Part shown: piece by piece, positions 36,499-48,706 of the stretch
Layout: the number at the start of each line of letters is the position of its first letter
Numbering within the stretch: position 1 is the first letter of the stretch
DNA from: Escherichia coli
GTDB taxonomy: Bacteria; Pseudomonadota; Gammaproteobacteria; Enterobacterales; Enterobacteriaceae
Direction: 5' to 3' (one strand)
Assembly: GCF_044324785.1 (NCBI RefSeq)
Contig: NZ_CP172127.1
DNA length: 64,000 nucleotides
Notes under the pieces: generated by a model
Database searches by the model: none
Seen by the model: the letters and a program-made list of their open reading frames with translations, nothing else
Told to the model about the DNA's origin: nothing
Position numbers and translations under genes: made by a program

Positions 36499-38339
36499 TT
36501 ATTGCGACTGCCGGACACGTTGACCACGGCAAAACAACCTTATTGCAGGCGATTACTGGCGTAAATGCCGACCGTCTGCCGGAAGAAAAAAAGCGCGGTA
36601 TGACCATCGATCTCGGTTATGCCTACTGGCCGCAGCCGGATGGCCGCGTGCCTGGTTTTATCGACGTTCCCGGTCATGAAAAGTTTCTTTCCAACATGCT
36701 GGCGGGCGTCGGGGGTATCGATCATGCGCTGCTGGTGGTGGCGTGCGATGACGGCGTGATGGCACAGACTCGTGAGCATCTGGCGATTTTGCAGCTGACC
36801 GGTAACCCGATGCTGACAGTGGCGCTGACCAAAGCCGATCGCGTGGACGAAGCGCGTGTTGATGAGGTTGAACGCCAGGTAAAGGAGGTGCTGCGGGAAT
36901 ACGGTTTTGCTGAGGCAAAACTGTTTATCACCGCAGCAACCGAAGGTCGGGGAATTGATGCTCTGCGCGAGCATCTGCTTCAGTTACCAGAACGTGAACA
37001 CGCCAGCCAACATAGTTTCCGCCTCGCGATCGACCGCGCATTTACCGTAAAAGGTGCCGGGCTGGTCGTCACCGGTACGGCGTTAAGCGGGGAAGTGAAA
37101 GTAGGCGATTCACTCTGGCTGACTGGTGTAAATAAACCGATGCGCGTGCGTGCGCTGCATGCGCAAAATCAGCCAACAGAAACTGCCCATGCCGGGCAGC
37201 GTATCGCGCTTAACATCGCGGGTGATGCGGAAAAAGAGCAGATTAACCGTGGCGACTGGCTGCTTGCCGATGTGCCGCCGGAGCCGTTCACACGGGTGAT
37301 TGTCGAGCTTCAAACCCATACACCGCTGACCCAGTGGCAGCCGCTGCATATTCACCACGCCGCCAGCCACGTTACGGGACGTGTTTCGCTACTGGAAGAT
37401 AACCTTGCCGAGCTGGTGTTCGACACGCCGCTGTGGCTGGCGGATAACGATCGCTTAGTGCTGCGCGATATCTCGGCCCGCAACACGCTGGCGGGGGCGC
37501 GTGTGGTGATGCTTAACCCGCCGCGTCGCGGTAAGCGTAAGCCGGAATATCTGCAATGGCTGGCGTCTCTTGCACGGGCGCAGAGCGATGCCGATGCGTT
37601 ATCTGTTCATCTGGAACGCGGAGCGGTTAACCTTGCGGATTTCGCCTGGGCACGGCAGCTCAACGGCGAAGGGATGCGTGAACTGCTGCAACAGCCTGGC
37701 TATATTCAGGCTGGTTATAGCTTGTTGAATGCGCCGGTTGCCGCTCGCTGGCAGCGGAAAATTCTCGACACATTAGCGACTTATCATGAGCAACATCGCG
37801 ATGAACCTGGTCCAGGGCGCGAACGTCTGCGACGTATGGCGTTGCCAATGGAAGATGAAGCGCTGGTACTGTTGCTGATTGAAAAGATGCGCGAAAGCGG
37901 CGACATCCTCAGTCATCACGGCTGGCTGCATCTGCCGGATCACAAAGCGGGCTTCAGCGAAGAGCAGCAGGCCATCTGGCAAAAAGCAGAGCCGCTGTTT
38001 GGTGACGAACCGTGGTGGGTGCGTGATCTGGCAAAAGAGACGGGAACCGACGAGCAGGCAATGCGCCTGACTCTACGCCAGGCGGCCCAGCAGGGGATAA
38101 TTACGGCGATCGTTAAAGATCGTTATTACCGTAACGATCGGATTGTCGAATTTGCCAATATGATCCGCGATCTCGATCAGGAATGTGGTTCAACCTGCGC
38201 GGCGGATTTCCGCGATCGCTTAGGCGTAGGCCGAAAGCTGGCAATTCAGATTCTGGAATATTTTGACCGCATTGGCTTTACGCGTCGTCGTGGAAATGAT
38301 CATTTATTGCGCGACGCATTATTATTTCCGGAAAAATAA
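36495..38339 (+). CDS. selB: Selenocysteine-specific elongation factor
   Basis: 614-aa ORF; GTPase P-loop [10 protein letters not shown]. Confidence 0.93.
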
Positions 38340-38400
38340 GGAAATGATTAATTCATAATAAATATGAATTAATACAAAATTTCTTATTAATGTTAAGAAG

Positions 38401-38432
38401 GCACGTTATTTGATGAATGTAACGTGCTTTTT
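38401..38432 (+). terminator. Rho-independent terminator after selB
   Basis: Inverted repeat gcacgtta...taacgtgc followed by T5. Confidence 0.65.
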
Positions 38433-38529
38433 ATTAAAAATATTTTAATAAACGGTAATGTTGATCATATTTTCAAATGAAAATCCTCAGTAAGCTGCCC
38501 GCCCTTTTTTACACTTTCAGGAGTGTGTT

Positions 38530-39681
38530 ATGGCAGCTTCAACCTTTTTTATTCCTTCCGTGAATGTTATTGGTGCTGATTCATTGAATGATGCAATGAA
38601 TATGATGGCAGATTATGGATTTACCCGTACCTTAATTGTCACTGACAATATGTTAACGAAATTAGGTATGGCGGGTGATGTGCAAAAAGCACTGGAAGAA
38701 CGCAATATTTTTAGCGTTATTTATGATGGCACCCAACCTAACCCAACCACGGAAAACGTCGCCGCAGGTTTGAAATTACTTAAAGAAAATAATTGCGATA
38801 GCGTGATCTCCTTAGGCGGTGGTTCTCCGCACGACTGCGCAAAAGGTATTGCGCTGGTGGCAGCCAATGGCGGCGATATTCGCGATTACGAAGGCGTTGA
38901 TCGCTCTGCAAAACCGCAGCTGCCGATGATCGCCATCAATACCACGGCGGGTACGGCCTCTGAAATGACCCGTTTCTGCATCATCACTGACGAAGCGCGT
39001 CACATCAAAATGGCGATTGTGGATAAACATGTAACTCCGCTGCTTTCTGTCAATGACTCCTCTCTGATGGTCGGTATGCCGAAGTCACTGACCGCCGCAA
39101 CGGGTATGGATGCCTTAACGCACGCTATCGAAGCGTATGTTTCTATTGCCGCCACGCCGATCACTGACGCTTGTGCATTGAAAGCCGTGACCATGATTGC
39201 CGAAAACCTGCCGTTAGCCGTTGAAAATGGCAGCAATGCTAAAGCGCGTGAAGCAATGGCTTATGCCCAGTTCCTCGCTGGCATGGCATTCAACAACGCT
39301 TCTCTGGGTTATGTTCATGCGATGGCGCACCAGCTGGGCGGTTTCTACAATCTGCCGCACGGTGTATGTAACGCCGTTCTGCTGCCGCATGTTCAGGTAT
39401 TCAACAGCAAAGTCGCCGATGCGCGTCTGCGTGACTGTGCTGCTGCTATGGGCGTGAACGTGACAGGCAAAAATGACGCGGAAGGCGCAGAAGCGTGCAT
39501 CAATGCCATCCGTGAACTGGCGAAGAAAGTGAATATCCCGGCAGGCCTGCGTGACCTGAACGTGAAAGAAGAAGATATTCCAGTGCTGGCAACCAATGCC
39601 CTGAAAGATGCCTGCGGCTTTACTAACCCGCTCCAGGCAACTCACGAAGAAATTGTGGCGATTTATCGCGCCGCAATGTAA
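38530..39681 (+). CDS. yiaY: Iron-containing alcohol dehydrogenase
   Basis: 383-aa ORF; Fe-ADH family motifs. Confidence 0.9.
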   Translation: MAASTFFIPSVNVIGADSLNDAMNMMADYGFTRTLIVTDNMLTKLGMAGDVQKALEERNIFSVIYDGTQPNPTTENVAAGLKLLKENNCDSVISLGGGSPHDCAKGIALVAANGGDIRDYEGVDRSAKPQLPMIAINTTAGTASEMTRFCIITDEARHIKMAIVDKHVTPLLSVNDSSLMVGMPKSLTAATGMDALTHAIEAYVSIAATPITDACALKAVTMIAENLPLAVENGSNAKAREAMAYAQFLAGMAFNNASLGYVHAMAHQLGGFYNLPHGVCNAVLLPHVQVFNSKVADARLRDCAAAMGVNVTGKNDAEGAEACINAIRELAKKVNIPAGLRDLNVKEEDIPVLATNALKDACGFTNPLQATHEEIVAIYRAAM

Positions 39682-39696
39682 TCATCATTCCCACAA

Positions 39697-39723
39697 CGGC
39701 TGGCGAGTTGTCAGCCGCTTTTT
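39697..39723 (+). terminator. Rho-independent terminator after yiaY
   Basis: Stem ggctg/cagcc then T-run. Confidence 0.6.
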
Positions 39724-39725
39724 CA

Positions 39726-39805
39726 ACTATCTCAAAACTTGCTTTTTTTGAGATAGTTTCTCTTTCCTGCTATACACTATCTCAATATTGCGCTTTTTTG
39801 AGATA
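39726..39805 (+). promoter_or_regulatory. Two copies of a TATCTCAA-N8-TTGAGATA palindrome just upstream of the fic-like gene
   Basis: aactatctcaaaa-cttgcttt-ttttgagatagtt (39726-39757) and tatctcaa-tattgcgc-ttttttgagata (39778-39805); ends 5 bp before the ATG. Confidence 0.45.
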
Positions 39806-39810
39806 AGCAC

Positions 39811-41106
39811 ATGGCTATCAAATCACCTCCCGGACTTATTCCTTTATCACACTTATCGGGTGAGGAACTCCTGGCCCACCTGCGCTTTAACCGGGTTACC
39901 GATGAAAAAGGACGTTATCTGCCTTTTGATGAGTTGCAGTACCGCATCAAAAAAGGAGAAAACGTCGAAGTGGCGTGGACGCTTACCCGTCTGGCGCGCA
40001 ACGCGGCGATCCAACGAATCAATTATTGCAATGAAGCGGGTGAACAGGCCGGATTCAACATTACCCCGGTGATTGCAGAAGCGTGCGAGCTTGTCGACAA
40101 ACGTGCTACCGCGCTGGCGCTGAAAGATCAGACTGAACGGTTACGCGGGGCCGGAGCCGAGTTAAGTCAGTTACGCCTGGAAGAGCCAATCACCAGCTCC
40201 CAACTGGAAGGTGCGAATACCACAACGCTGGTGGCGAGAAAAATGCTGGAAACAGGGCGGTCGCCACGCACTGAAGACGAGCATATGATTGCGGGAAATG
40301 CCCGGCTGATGGCGGAAATTCCGCACTTACTCGCAGAGCCGCTAACACCTGCGCTTATTCGCCAGTTACATGCCATTGGTATGGGTGGAATCAATGACGC
40401 GAAATATCGTCCGGGAGAATTTCGTGAAACAGATGATGTTGTGATCGCCGACTATGACGGCAATATTGTGCACCAACCGCCCGCTGCGGCATTGTTGCCG
40501 GAACGGCTGGAAAAAGTTTGCCAGTGGCTAAACAGCCATGAAGGGTATATTCATCCGTTGGTCCGTGCCTGCATTCTGCATTTTATGCTGGCCCATGAAC
40601 ATCCGTTTCGGGATGGCAACGGGCGCACCAGTCGGGCGCTGTTTTACTGGTATATGCTGAAATCGGGCTACGATGTTTTTAAATATATTTCTATCAGCCG
40701 TTTGCTTCATGCTGCGCCAGTCAAATATGCTGCCAGCTACCAGTACACTGAATCAGACGGTATGGATCTGACTTATTTCCTTGATTATCAGGCGGGTGTC
40801 ATTAAACGCGCTCTGCATAACTGGCAGCAGCATATTGATGAAATTACACAACGAAGCGCAAAACTCGATAGTGTGCTGTTTAGCTCTGGTGTGCTTAAAC
40901 GCCTGAATCCGCGCCAGGTAACGCTCCTGAATGTGATGCTCGCTAATCTGGGGAAAGAGTACACAGTTGCTGAAATTAGCACGGGCCTGGGCGTCTCTGA
41001 TAATACGGCTCGAGCAGATTTACGGACGATTGTTAAAGAAGGATTTGCGCAAGAGAAGAAAATTAATGACCAGCAAGCAGTGTACGTCGCGCATTATCCG
41101 TTGTAA
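39811..41106 (+). CDS. Fic-domain protein (putative AMP-transferase) with N-terminal inhibitory motif and C-terminal winged-helix-like region
   Basis: 431-aa ORF; Fic motif [12 protein letters not shown] at aa 264-275 (nt 40600-40635); S129xxxE133G134 inhibitory-helix-type motif; not in K-12 between yiaY and aldB as I recall. Confidence 0.8.
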   Translation: MAIKSPPGLIPLSHLSGEELLAHLRFNRVTDEKGRYLPFDELQYRIKKGENVEVAWTLTRLARNAAIQRINYCNEAGEQAGFNITPVIAEACELVDKRATALALKDQTERLRGAGAELSQLRLEEPITSSQLEGANTTTLVARKMLETGRSPRTEDEHMIAGNARLMAEIPHLLAEPLTPALIRQLHAIGMGGINDAKYRPGEFRETDDVVIADYDGNIVHQPPAAALLPERLEKVCQWLNSHEGYIHPLVRACILHFMLAHEHPFRDGNGRTSRALFYWYMLKSGYDVFKYISISRLLHAAPVKYAASYQYTESDGMDLTYFLDYQAGVIKRALHNWQQHIDEITQRSAKLDSVLFSSGVLKRLNPRQVTLLNVMLANLGKEYTVAEISTGLGVSDNTARADLRTIVKEGFAQEKKINDQQAVYVAHYPL

Positions 41107-41213
41107 CCCTTGCCCGTAAATTCGTGATTGCCGTCGAAAAGCTGTCACTGACTGGCGAAGATTTCGCCAGTCACGTCTACCCTTGTTATACCTCACACCG
41201 CAAGGAGACGATC

Positions 41214-42752
41214 ATGACCAACAATCCCCCTTCAGCACGTGTTCAGCCCGGCGAGTATGGTTTTCCTCTTAAGTTAAAAGCCCGCTACGACAACTTTATC
41301 GGCGGCGAGTGGGTAGCCCCTGCCGACGGCGAGTATTACCAGAACCTGACGCCGGTGACCGGGCAGCTGCTGTGCGAAGTGGCGTCTTCGGGCAAACGAG
41401 ACATCGATCTGGCGCTGGATGCTGCGCACAAAGTGAAAGATAAATGGGCGCACACCTCGGTGCAGGATCGTGCGGCGATTCTGTTTAAGATTGCCGATCG
41501 AATGGAACAAAACCTCGAGCTGTTAGCGACGGCTGAAACCTGGGATAACGGCAAACCCATTCGCGAAACCAGTGCTGCCGACGTGCCGCTGGCGATTGAC
41601 CATTTTCGCTATTTCGCTTCGTGTATTCGGGCGCAGGAAGGCGGTATCAGTGAAGTTGATAGCGAAACCGTGGCCTATCATTTCCATGAACCGTTAGGCG
41701 TGGTGGGGCAGATTATCCCGTGGAACTTCCCGCTGCTGATGGCGAGCTGGAAAATGGCTCCCGCGCTGGCGGCGGGCAACTGTGTGGTGCTGAAACCCGC
41801 ACGTCTTACCCCGCTTTCTGTACTGCTGCTAATGGAAATCGTCGGTGATTTACTGCCGCCGGGCGTGGTGAACGTGGTTAACGGCGCTGGTGGGGAAATT
41901 GGCGAATATCTGGCGACCTCGAAACGCATCGCCAAAGTGGCGTTTACCGGCTCAACGGAAGTGGGCCAACAAATTATGCAGTACGCCACGCAAAATATTA
42001 TTCCGGTAACCCTGGAACTGGGCGGCAAGTCGCCAAATATCTTCTTTGCTGATGTGATGGATGAAGAAGATGCCTTTTTCGATAAAGCGCTGGAAGGCTT
42101 TGCACTGTTTGCCTTTAACCAGGGCGAAGTTTGCACCTGTCCAAGCCGTGCTTTAGTGCAGGAGTCTATCTACGAACGCTTTATGGAACGCGCCATCCGC
42201 CGTGTCGAAAGCATTCGCAGCGGTAACCCACTCGACAGCGTGACGCAAATGGGTGCGCAGGTTTCTCACGGGCAACTGGAAACCATCCTCAATTACATTG
42301 ATATCGGCAAAAAAGAGGGCGCAGACGTGCTCACCGGCGGGCGGCGCAAGCTGCTGGAAGGCGAACTGAAAGACGGCTACTACCTCGAACCGACTATTTT
42401 GTTTGGTCAGAACAATATGCGGGTGTTCCAGGAGGAGATATTTGGCCCGGTGCTGGCGGTGACCACCTTCAAAACGATGGAAGAAGCGCTGGAGCTGGCG
42501 AACGATACGCAATATGGCCTGGGCGCGGGTGTCTGGAGCCGCAACGGTAATCTGGCCTATAAGATGGGGCGCGGCATTCAGGCTGGGCGCGTGTGGACCA
42601 ACTGTTATCATGCCTACCCGGCACACGCAGCGTTTGGCGGCTACAAACAGTCGGGCATCGGACGCGAAACCCATAAGATGATGCTTGAGCATTACCAGCA
42701 AACCAAGTGCCTGCTGGTGAGCTACTCGGATAAACCGTTGGGGCTGTTCTGA
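41214..42752 (+). CDS. aldB: Aldehyde dehydrogenase B
   Basis: ORF 41124-42752; start trimmed to [15 protein letters not shown] (ATG at 41214) giving 512 aa. Confidence 0.92.
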   Translation: MTNNPPSARVQPGEYGFPLKLKARYDNFIGGEWVAPADGEYYQNLTPVTGQLLCEVASSGKRDIDLALDAAHKVKDKWAHTSVQDRAAILFKIADRMEQNLELLATAETWDNGKPIRETSAADVPLAIDHFRYFASCIRAQEGGISEVDSETVAYHFHEPLGVVGQIIPWNFPLLMASWKMAPALAAGNCVVLKPARLTPLSVLLLMEIVGDLLPPGVVNVVNGAGGEIGEYLATSKRIAKVAFTGSTEVGQQIMQYATQNIIPVTLELGGKSPNIFFADVMDEEDAFFDKALEGFALFAFNQGEVCTCPSRALVQESIYERFMERAIRRVESIRSGNPLDSVTQMGAQVSHGQLETILNYIDIGKKEGADVLTGGRRKLLEGELKDGYYLEPTILFGQNNMRVFQEEIFGPVLAVTTFKTMEEALELANDTQYGLGAGVWSRNGNLAYKMGRGIQAGRVWTNCYHAYPAHAAFGGYKQSGIGRETHKMMLEHYQQTKCLLVSYSDKPLGLF

Positions 42753-42774
42753 TGTAAGAAGCTGGTCGCATCGG

Positions 42775-42885
42775 GTATTCATTGCCTGATGCGACGCTTA
42801 CGCGTCTTATCATGCCTACGGGGACCTGACCGTAGGCCGGATAAGGCGTACACGCCGCATCCGGCATAAACAAAGCGCACGGTGT
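42775..42885. repeat. REP/BIME cluster
   Basis: gcctgatgcgacgcttacgcgtcttatcatgcctac and gtaggccggataaggcgtacacgccgcatccggca. Confidence 0.8.
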
Positions 42886-43295
42886 TACAATTTACGTTTT
42901 AAACCTACGTGCGCAATAACCCAGACTACGCCAACAGAAGTGCGTTTCTGGGGCGTGTTTTGCCAGGAGTTTAATCTCGCGTTTCGATGGTGAGCGGGCG
43001 AACCAGGCCATAAACCACCATTGGCGTTCCGAGGCCAATCAGCAATAAACGGTAGATAATTGAAGGTTTAATACGCTTAATCTGCATTGTGGATGTTTTA
43101 CGGTTTTTATTCATAAATTTGGTCAATAGTTACATTATTTCAATATGATAAGCTTCGACCTGTTGAAAAGCCAGGCACACACTTCAGAAAGTATATAAAA
43201 AACCATATGTCGTTATATAAATAAGGAAATTGCACTGCATCATGGCATTTAATAATATGCGTTAATTGTTCTTTTTTATATTCTCTGAGAAAAAT

Positions 43296-43619
43296 ATGTT
43301 CCTGGATTATTTTGCACTGGGAGTGCTTATTTTTGTATTTCTGGTGATCTTCTATGGGATTATTATTTTACATGATATTCCCTACCTGATTGCTAAAAAA
43401 CGTAATCATCCACATGCCGACGCCATTCATGTTGCTGGTTGGGTAAGTCTTTTTACGTTACATGTTATCTGGCCATTTTTGTGGATTTGGGCCACGCTTT
43501 ACCGCCCGGAGCGGGGATGGGGAATGCAAAACCATGACTCCTCCGTTGTGCAACTACAACAGCGTATTGCCGGGCTGGAGAAACAGCTCGCCGACATCAA
43601 ATCCTCTTCTGCCGAGTAA
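43296..43619 (+). CDS. yiaW: DUF3302 small membrane protein
   Basis: ORF 43266-43619; start at MFLDYFALG (ATG at 43296) giving 107 aa; close paralog of yibI. Confidence 0.85.
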   Translation: MFLDYFALGVLIFVFLVIFYGIIILHDIPYLIAKKRNHPHADAIHVAGWVSLFTLHVIWPFLWIWATLYRPERGWGMQNHDSSVVQLQQRIAGLEKQLADIKSSSAE

Positions 43620-43624
43620 TACTT

Positions 43625-44761
43625 ATGGATTTACTGATTATTTTGACCTATGTGGCTTTCGCATGGGCAATGTTTAAGATCTTTAAAATTCCTGTAAATA
43701 AATGGACCATTCCCACAGCGGCCCTGGGAGGCATATTTATTGTCAGCGGTCTAATTCTGTTAATGAACTATAACCATCCGTATACCTTTAAAGCGCAAAA
43801 AGCGGTTATTTCTATTCCTGTTGTCCCACAGGTGACAGGCGTGGTGATCGAAGTGACGGACAAGAAAAATACGCTGATTAAAAAAGGTGAGGTGCTATTT
43901 CGACTGGACCCGACGCGTTATCAGGCGCGGGTGGATCGGCTGATGGCGGATATCGTTACCGCAGAACATAAACAGCGGGCGTTGGGCGCAGAGTTAGATG
44001 AGATGGCGGCGAATACTCAGCAGGCAAAGGCCACGCGGGATAAATTCGCTAAAGAGTATCAGCGTTACGCACGCGGCAGTCAGGCGAAAGTAAACCCGTT
44101 TTCAGAACGCGATATCGATGTGGCGCGGCAAAATTATCTGGCGCAGGAAGCCTCCATGAAGTCATCGGCGGCGGAACAAAAACAGATCCAGAGCCAGCTG
44201 GATAGCCTGGTGTTGGGTGAACATTCTCAAATCGCCAGCCTGAAAGCACAGCTCGCGGAAGCAAAATATAACCTTGAGCAGACGATAGTGCGTGCGCCGA
44301 GCGATGGTTATGTGACCCAGGTACTGATTCGTCCGGGTACCTATGCCGCGTCGCTGCCGCTACGTCCGGTGATGGTGTTTATACCCGATCAGAAACGACA
44401 AATCGTGGCGCAGTTCCGTCAGAACTCCTTGCTGCGACTGGCTCCTGGCGACGATGCGGAAGTGGTGTTTAATGCTCTGCCAGGTAAGGTATTCAGCGGT
44501 AAGCTGGCAGCCATTAGTCCAGCCGTTCCCGGCGGAGCTTATCAGTCGACCGGCACCTTACAGACGTTAAACACAGCGCCGGGTTCAGATGGCGTTATCG
44601 CGACCATTGAACTGGATGAGCATACTGATTTGAGCGCATTACCAGACGGTATTTACGCCCAGGTGGCGGTCTACTCTGATCATTTCAGCCATGTCTCGGT
44701 GATGCGCAAAGTACTGTTACGCATGACCAGCTGGGTGCATTACCTTTATCTCGATCATTAA
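43625..44761 (+). CDS. yiaV: HlyD-family membrane-fusion-like protein
   Basis: 378-aa ORF; close paralog of yibH. Confidence 0.85.
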   Translation: MDLLIILTYVAFAWAMFKIFKIPVNKWTIPTAALGGIFIVSGLILLMNYNHPYTFKAQKAVISIPVVPQVTGVVIEVTDKKNTLIKKGEVLFRLDPTRYQARVDRLMADIVTAEHKQRALGAELDEMAANTQQAKATRDKFAKEYQRYARGSQAKVNPFSERDIDVARQNYLAQEASMKSSAAEQKQIQSQLDSLVLGEHSQIASLKAQLAEAKYNLEQTIVRAPSDGYVTQVLIRPGTYAASLPLRPVMVFIPDQKRQIVAQFRQNSLLRLAPGDDAEVVFNALPGKVFSGKLAAISPAVPGGAYQSTGTLQTLNTAPGSDGVIATIELDEHTDLSALPDGIYAQVAVYSDHFSHVSVMRKVLLRMTSWVHYLYLDH

Positions 44762-45732
44762 TCTTCGCTTTCCGCCGCTTGTTCAGGCCGCAGTTGCTGC
44801 GACTGAGCAAGCTGGTGGCGAATTTCACGCAGCATTTCATCCAGCACATACTGGACCCGCCAGGGCTGGTATTCCCGTTTACGGAAGATAGCCACCAGAT
44901 CCAGCCACCATTCATACGGGTGCTGAAAGCAGGGCACCAGCGTGCCGTCTTGCAGGTCGCTCTGCACACTTTTGTCTGGCGCAAACACAATCCCCAGGTG
45001 ATTTCGTGCCAGCTCCAGCGCAGATTGCGTGTTGTCGCAAACGTAATTTCCCTTCACGCGATAATCCCGCACCTCTTTACTCCCGGCGACGTTGAAGCGC
45101 CAGATATTCGCGTCGTCGATCATCATCGAGTCGATCAAAATACAGGAGTGATGTTCGAGTTCGTCAGGACGGCTAATGGGATGTTTCTCAAGATAGCGCT
45201 GGCTGGCATAAGCGGTTACGGCATATTGGGTAATAAAACTGGCAACCAGCGATTCATCTTTTGGTTGGGCGTAGCTGATTAAAACATCACAATCATCGGG
45301 AAATTCGACGCCTTCATAAAAGGCATTACGCTCAAGATTGCAGGTTTTTAGCGATAAGGTGATATCACCGATATCTTTAATTTTATCGATTACATGTTTG
45401 GATAAATAGGTAATTATGCCGGTTGGTGCATAGATAGTGACCCGACCACGTTTCTCATGCTTATAATCTGCAATAAAATTATTAAGCTGCTCGTTTCTGT
45501 CCAGCATGTCGTTGATGTACGGTAACAGCACGGTGCCAAAAGGTGTGAGCATCAGCTGTCGGGTGGTTCGGTCAAAGACTTTTAAACCCACTTTTGATTC
45601 AAAATCAGCAAGATATTTGCTGACGTTGGCCTGTGCGATGCCAAGTACAGTCGCGGCATGGCTGATATTTTCACTGGCAGCGATTACCGAGATAATTTTT
45701 AACTCCCGGTACTTAAGTTGTAATTTTGTCAT
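44758..45732 (-). CDS. yiaU: LysR-family transcriptional regulator
   Basis: 324-aa ORF; N-terminal HTH and LysR substrate-binding domain; divergent from yiaT. Confidence 0.85.
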   Translation of the reverse strand: MTKLQLKYRELKIISVIAASENISHAATVLGIAQANVSKYLADFESKVGLKVFDRTTRQLMLTPFGTVLLPYINDMLDRNEQLNNFIADYKHEKRGRVTIYAPTGIITYLSKHVIDKIKDIGDITLSLKTCNLERNAFYEGVEFPDDCDVLISYAQPKDESLVASFITQYAVTAYASQRYLEKHPISRPDELEHHSCILIDSMMIDDANIWRFNVAGSKEVRDYRVKGNYVCDNTQSALELARNHLGIVFAPDKSVQSDLQDGTLVPCFQHPYEWWLDLVAIFRKREYQPWRVQYVLDEMLREIRHQLAQSQQLRPEQAAESED

Positions 45733-45855
45733 CGCAACAGCCCAATTATATATAATTTTATATATTACTATATAAATATGAATCTTGCACCGGAGAAATT
45801 GTAAGCATTACTATGCCGACTCTTTTTTATCTTATTTTAAAATGGAATACCGGAC

Positions 45856-46596
45856 ATGTTAATTAACCGCAATATTGTGGCGTTATTTGCGTTGCCTTTT
45901 ATGGCAAGCGCAACTGCTTCTGAATTATCCATTGGTGCTGGTGCGGCTTATAATGAATCGCCTTATCGCGGTTATAATGAAAATACAAAGGCAATTCCGC
46001 TGATTAGTTATGAAGGTGATACTTTTTATGTTCGTCAGACCACGTTAGGTTTTATTCTGTCGCAAAGTGAAAAAAATGAACTTAGCCTGACCGCATCCTG
46101 GATGCCGCTGGAATTTGACCCTGCCGATAATGACGATTATGCCATGCAACAGCTTGATAAGCGTGATAGTACGGCTATGGCGGGGGTTGCCTGGTATCAC
46201 CACGAGCGTTGGGGAACCGTGAAAGCCTCTGCGGCTGCGGACGTTCTGGATAACAGCAACGGCTGGGTGGGGGAGCTATCGGTATTCCACAAAATGCAGA
46301 TAGGTCGCCTGTCGCTGACACCTGCGCTGGGCGTTCTCTATTATGACGAGAATTTCAGTGACTATTACTATGGCATTTCAGAGAGTGAGTCCCGTCGTAG
46401 CGGTCTGGCAAGTTATTCCGCGCAGGATGCCTGGGTGCCCTATGTCAGCCTGACGGCAAAATACCCGATAGGAGAGCACGTCGTATTGATGGCGAGCGCA
46501 GGATACAGCGAGCTGCCGGAAGAGATTACCGACAGCCCGATGGTTGATCGTAATGAGAGTTTTACCTTTGTCACCGGCGTGAGCTGGCGTTTTTAA
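45856..46596 (+). CDS. yiaT: MipA/OmpV-family outer membrane protein
   Basis: 246-aa ORF with signal peptide and beta-barrel-like composition ending in F. Confidence 0.85.
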   Translation: MLINRNIVALFALPFMASATASELSIGAGAAYNESPYRGYNENTKAIPLISYEGDTFYVRQTTLGFILSQSEKNELSLTASWMPLEFDPADNDDYAMQQLDKRDSTAMAGVAWYHHERWGTVKASAAADVLDNSNGWVGELSVFHKMQIGRLSLTPALGVLYYDENFSDYYYGISESESRRSGLASYSAQDAWVPYVSLTAKYPIGEHVVLMASAGYSELPEEITDSPMVDRNESFTFVTGVSWRF

Positions 46597-46599
46597 TTC

Positions 46600-46735
46600 A
46601 CCGGTGGATGTCGGTGCGGCTGGCCTACGCTCTCGCACCGACTTGTAGGCCTGATAAGACGTGTTAAGCGTCGCATCAGGCAATGTGCACCCTACGGTGG
46701 ATGCGGCGCGAGTGCCTTATCCAACCTACGGATGG
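46600..46735. repeat. REP/BIME cluster
   Basis: Several gtaggcctgataagacg / gcgtcgcatcaggcaatg type REP units. Confidence 0.75.
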
Positions 46736-48696
46736 CAATGCTTTTCCTCATTCACCCAGATCCGCATTTCGCCTTCACCCCGGTTGGCCCAGCTAAACCA
46801 CGGGATAAACGTCAGAATTTGCGGCTGGCGTTTGGCTGGCGCGCTGTCGTAATGCCACAGCGGTTGCTGCTCTGGATTGCTCTGTTCATACCGGTAACCC
46901 GGTGCCTGGATTAAGATCTTATGGCTGAACAATCCCTTGCCTTCAAAGGTCGTAAATGGCGCATCGGCGGGCAGCCACAGGTTATGCAGTGACTCGCCGT
47001 TGTCGGCCTGTTCCAGGCAATACACCAGCGGGCCGCGCTGAATCGCCACTTTTCCGGCGACGTGACGCACCAGCGGGTTACCGTAAACGCGGCGTACCGG
47101 CATCGGCAAAGTCAGATTCAGCATATCTCCCTCCTGCCATTCGCGGGTAATGTGCAAATACCCTTTACGAATATCCTGCTCGACCTCTTCCCCATTCAAT
47201 ATGATCTGCGGCTGTGTGCACCAGTCCGGCAGACGTAAAGCCAGCGTATGACGTACCGGCTGGGGCGATTCGACCGCAATCGTCACCTGCTCCTGCCACG
47301 GATAGTTCCCGCTAACCCGCAGGCGCAGCGTGCCATTTTCTACCGGCACTTCCATGCTGTTTCCTGCGTAGATGTTGATATACAACGCATCTTCACGCGG
47401 CGTGTAGAGATAATGACCAATCGAGGTTAGCACGCGGGCGATATTTGGCGGACAACAAGCGCAACCAAACCAACGCTGGCGGATCGGCTTAACGTGATCG
47501 TAGATATGGTTGAATTTCAGCGATTTTGGATGTACTTCCAGCGGATTCACATAGAAGAAATGTTTGCCATCCAGCGCCATGCCGCCGAGCACGGTGTTGT
47601 ACAGTGCGCGCTCCATCACATCGGCATATTGACTGTCGCCTTCCATTTCCAGCATTCGTCGGGCGAACATCATCAGGCCGATGGAAGCACAACTTTCGGC
47701 GTAAACCGTGTCATTCGGCAGATCGTAATCGCTGCTGAACGCTTCGCCGCTGCTTTGTGAGCCAATGCCGCCGGTAATATATAACTGACGCTGGGCCATA
47801 TTGTTCCACAGCCGCAGGCAGTCCTGACGCTTGCTTTCATCGTGACTTAAACGCGCGAGATGCGCGACGCCGGTCATCAGGTAGACAAAACGTACCGCGT
47901 GACCAATGGCGGTTTGCTGCTGTGCGATGGGCAAATGCGCCTGGCTGTAGGCTTTGTCTTTCACCATCCACGCCGGGCCGTAGGTGTGCCAGTGCGAGGT
48001 CTGCCCGCGCTTTTCATATTCCTGGTCGTAATAGTGCGGTTGCGCACCACGCTGTTCGACAAAATAGTTCGTCAGTGCCAGGTAGCGCGGCTCTTCGGTC
48101 ACTTCATACAGGCGCATCAGTGCCAGTTCAATTTCCGGGTGACCGGGATAACCCTGCAGCTTGTCTTCATCTGGACCAAATACGCTGTCGATATGATCGG
48201 CCAGACGGCAAACCACTTCCAGCAAGCGCCGTTTTCCCGTGGCCTGGAAGAAGGCGACTCCGGCTTCAATCAGATGACCGGCGCAGTAAAGTTCATGACA
48301 CTCCGCCAGATTGCTCCAGCGTTCTTCGGGCGCTTTTACCGTAAAGTAAGTATTGAGATAGCCATCTTCGCACTGGGCGGAAGCGACCAGTTCGATTACC
48401 TCGTCAGCGTTTTTTTCCATTTCGGCATCCGGCTTCTGGCACAGCGACCAGGCTACCGCTTCCAGCCATTTGGCGACGTCGCTGTCCTGAAACACCATCC
48501 CGTAAAATTCACCGTCTTGCAGTCCTGCGGCAATGCGAAAGTTTTCAATCGCATGGCTGGGTTCCGCTTCTGGGATACGATCGTTCAAGGCATCCCACTG
48601 ATAAGGAATCACCACGTCGCGGACCAGTTGTTGGTACTGACCGAGGAACGGATCGCTGACCGTCAGTTTATGCAGATCGACTTCCGAAATGTTCAT
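46726..48696 (-). CDS. Glycoside hydrolase family 127-like protein (DUF1680; beta-L-arabinofuranosidase family)
   Basis: ORF 46726-48744; start trimmed to MNISEVDL (ATG checked at 48694-48696, AAGGAG-like RBS upstream); conserved FGCACCPPN cysteine motif typical of GH127. Confidence 0.65.
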   Translation of the reverse strand: MNISEVDLHKLTVSDPFLGQYQQLVRDVVIPYQWDALNDRIPEAEPSHAIENFRIAAGLQDGEFYGMVFQDSDVAKWLEAVAWSLCQKPDAEMEKNADEVIELVASAQCEDGYLNTYFTVKAPEERWSNLAECHELYCAGHLIEAGVAFFQATGKRRLLEVVCRLADHIDSVFGPDEDKLQGYPGHPEIELALMRLYEVTEEPRYLALTNYFVEQRGAQPHYYDQEYEKRGQTSHWHTYGPAWMVKDKAYSQAHLPIAQQQTAIGHAVRFVYLMTGVAHLARLSHDESKRQDCLRLWNNMAQRQLYITGGIGSQSSGEAFSSDYDLPNDTVYAESCASIGLMMFARRMLEMEGDSQYADVMERALYNTVLGGMALDGKHFFYVNPLEVHPKSLKFNHIYDHVKPIRQRWFGCACCPPNIARVLTSIGHYLYTPREDALYINIYAGNSMEVPVENGTLRLRVSGNYPWQEQVTIAVESPQPVRHTLALRLPDWCTQPQIILNGEEVEQDIRKGYLHITREWQEGDMLNLTLPMPVRRVYGNPLVRHVAGKVAIQRGPLVYCLEQADNGESLHNLWLPADAPFTTFEGKGLFSHKILIQAPGYRYEQSNPEQQPLWHYDSAPAKRQPQILTFIPWFSWANRGEGEMRIWVNEEKHCHP

Positions 48697-48706
48697 CTTG
48701 TGCTCC

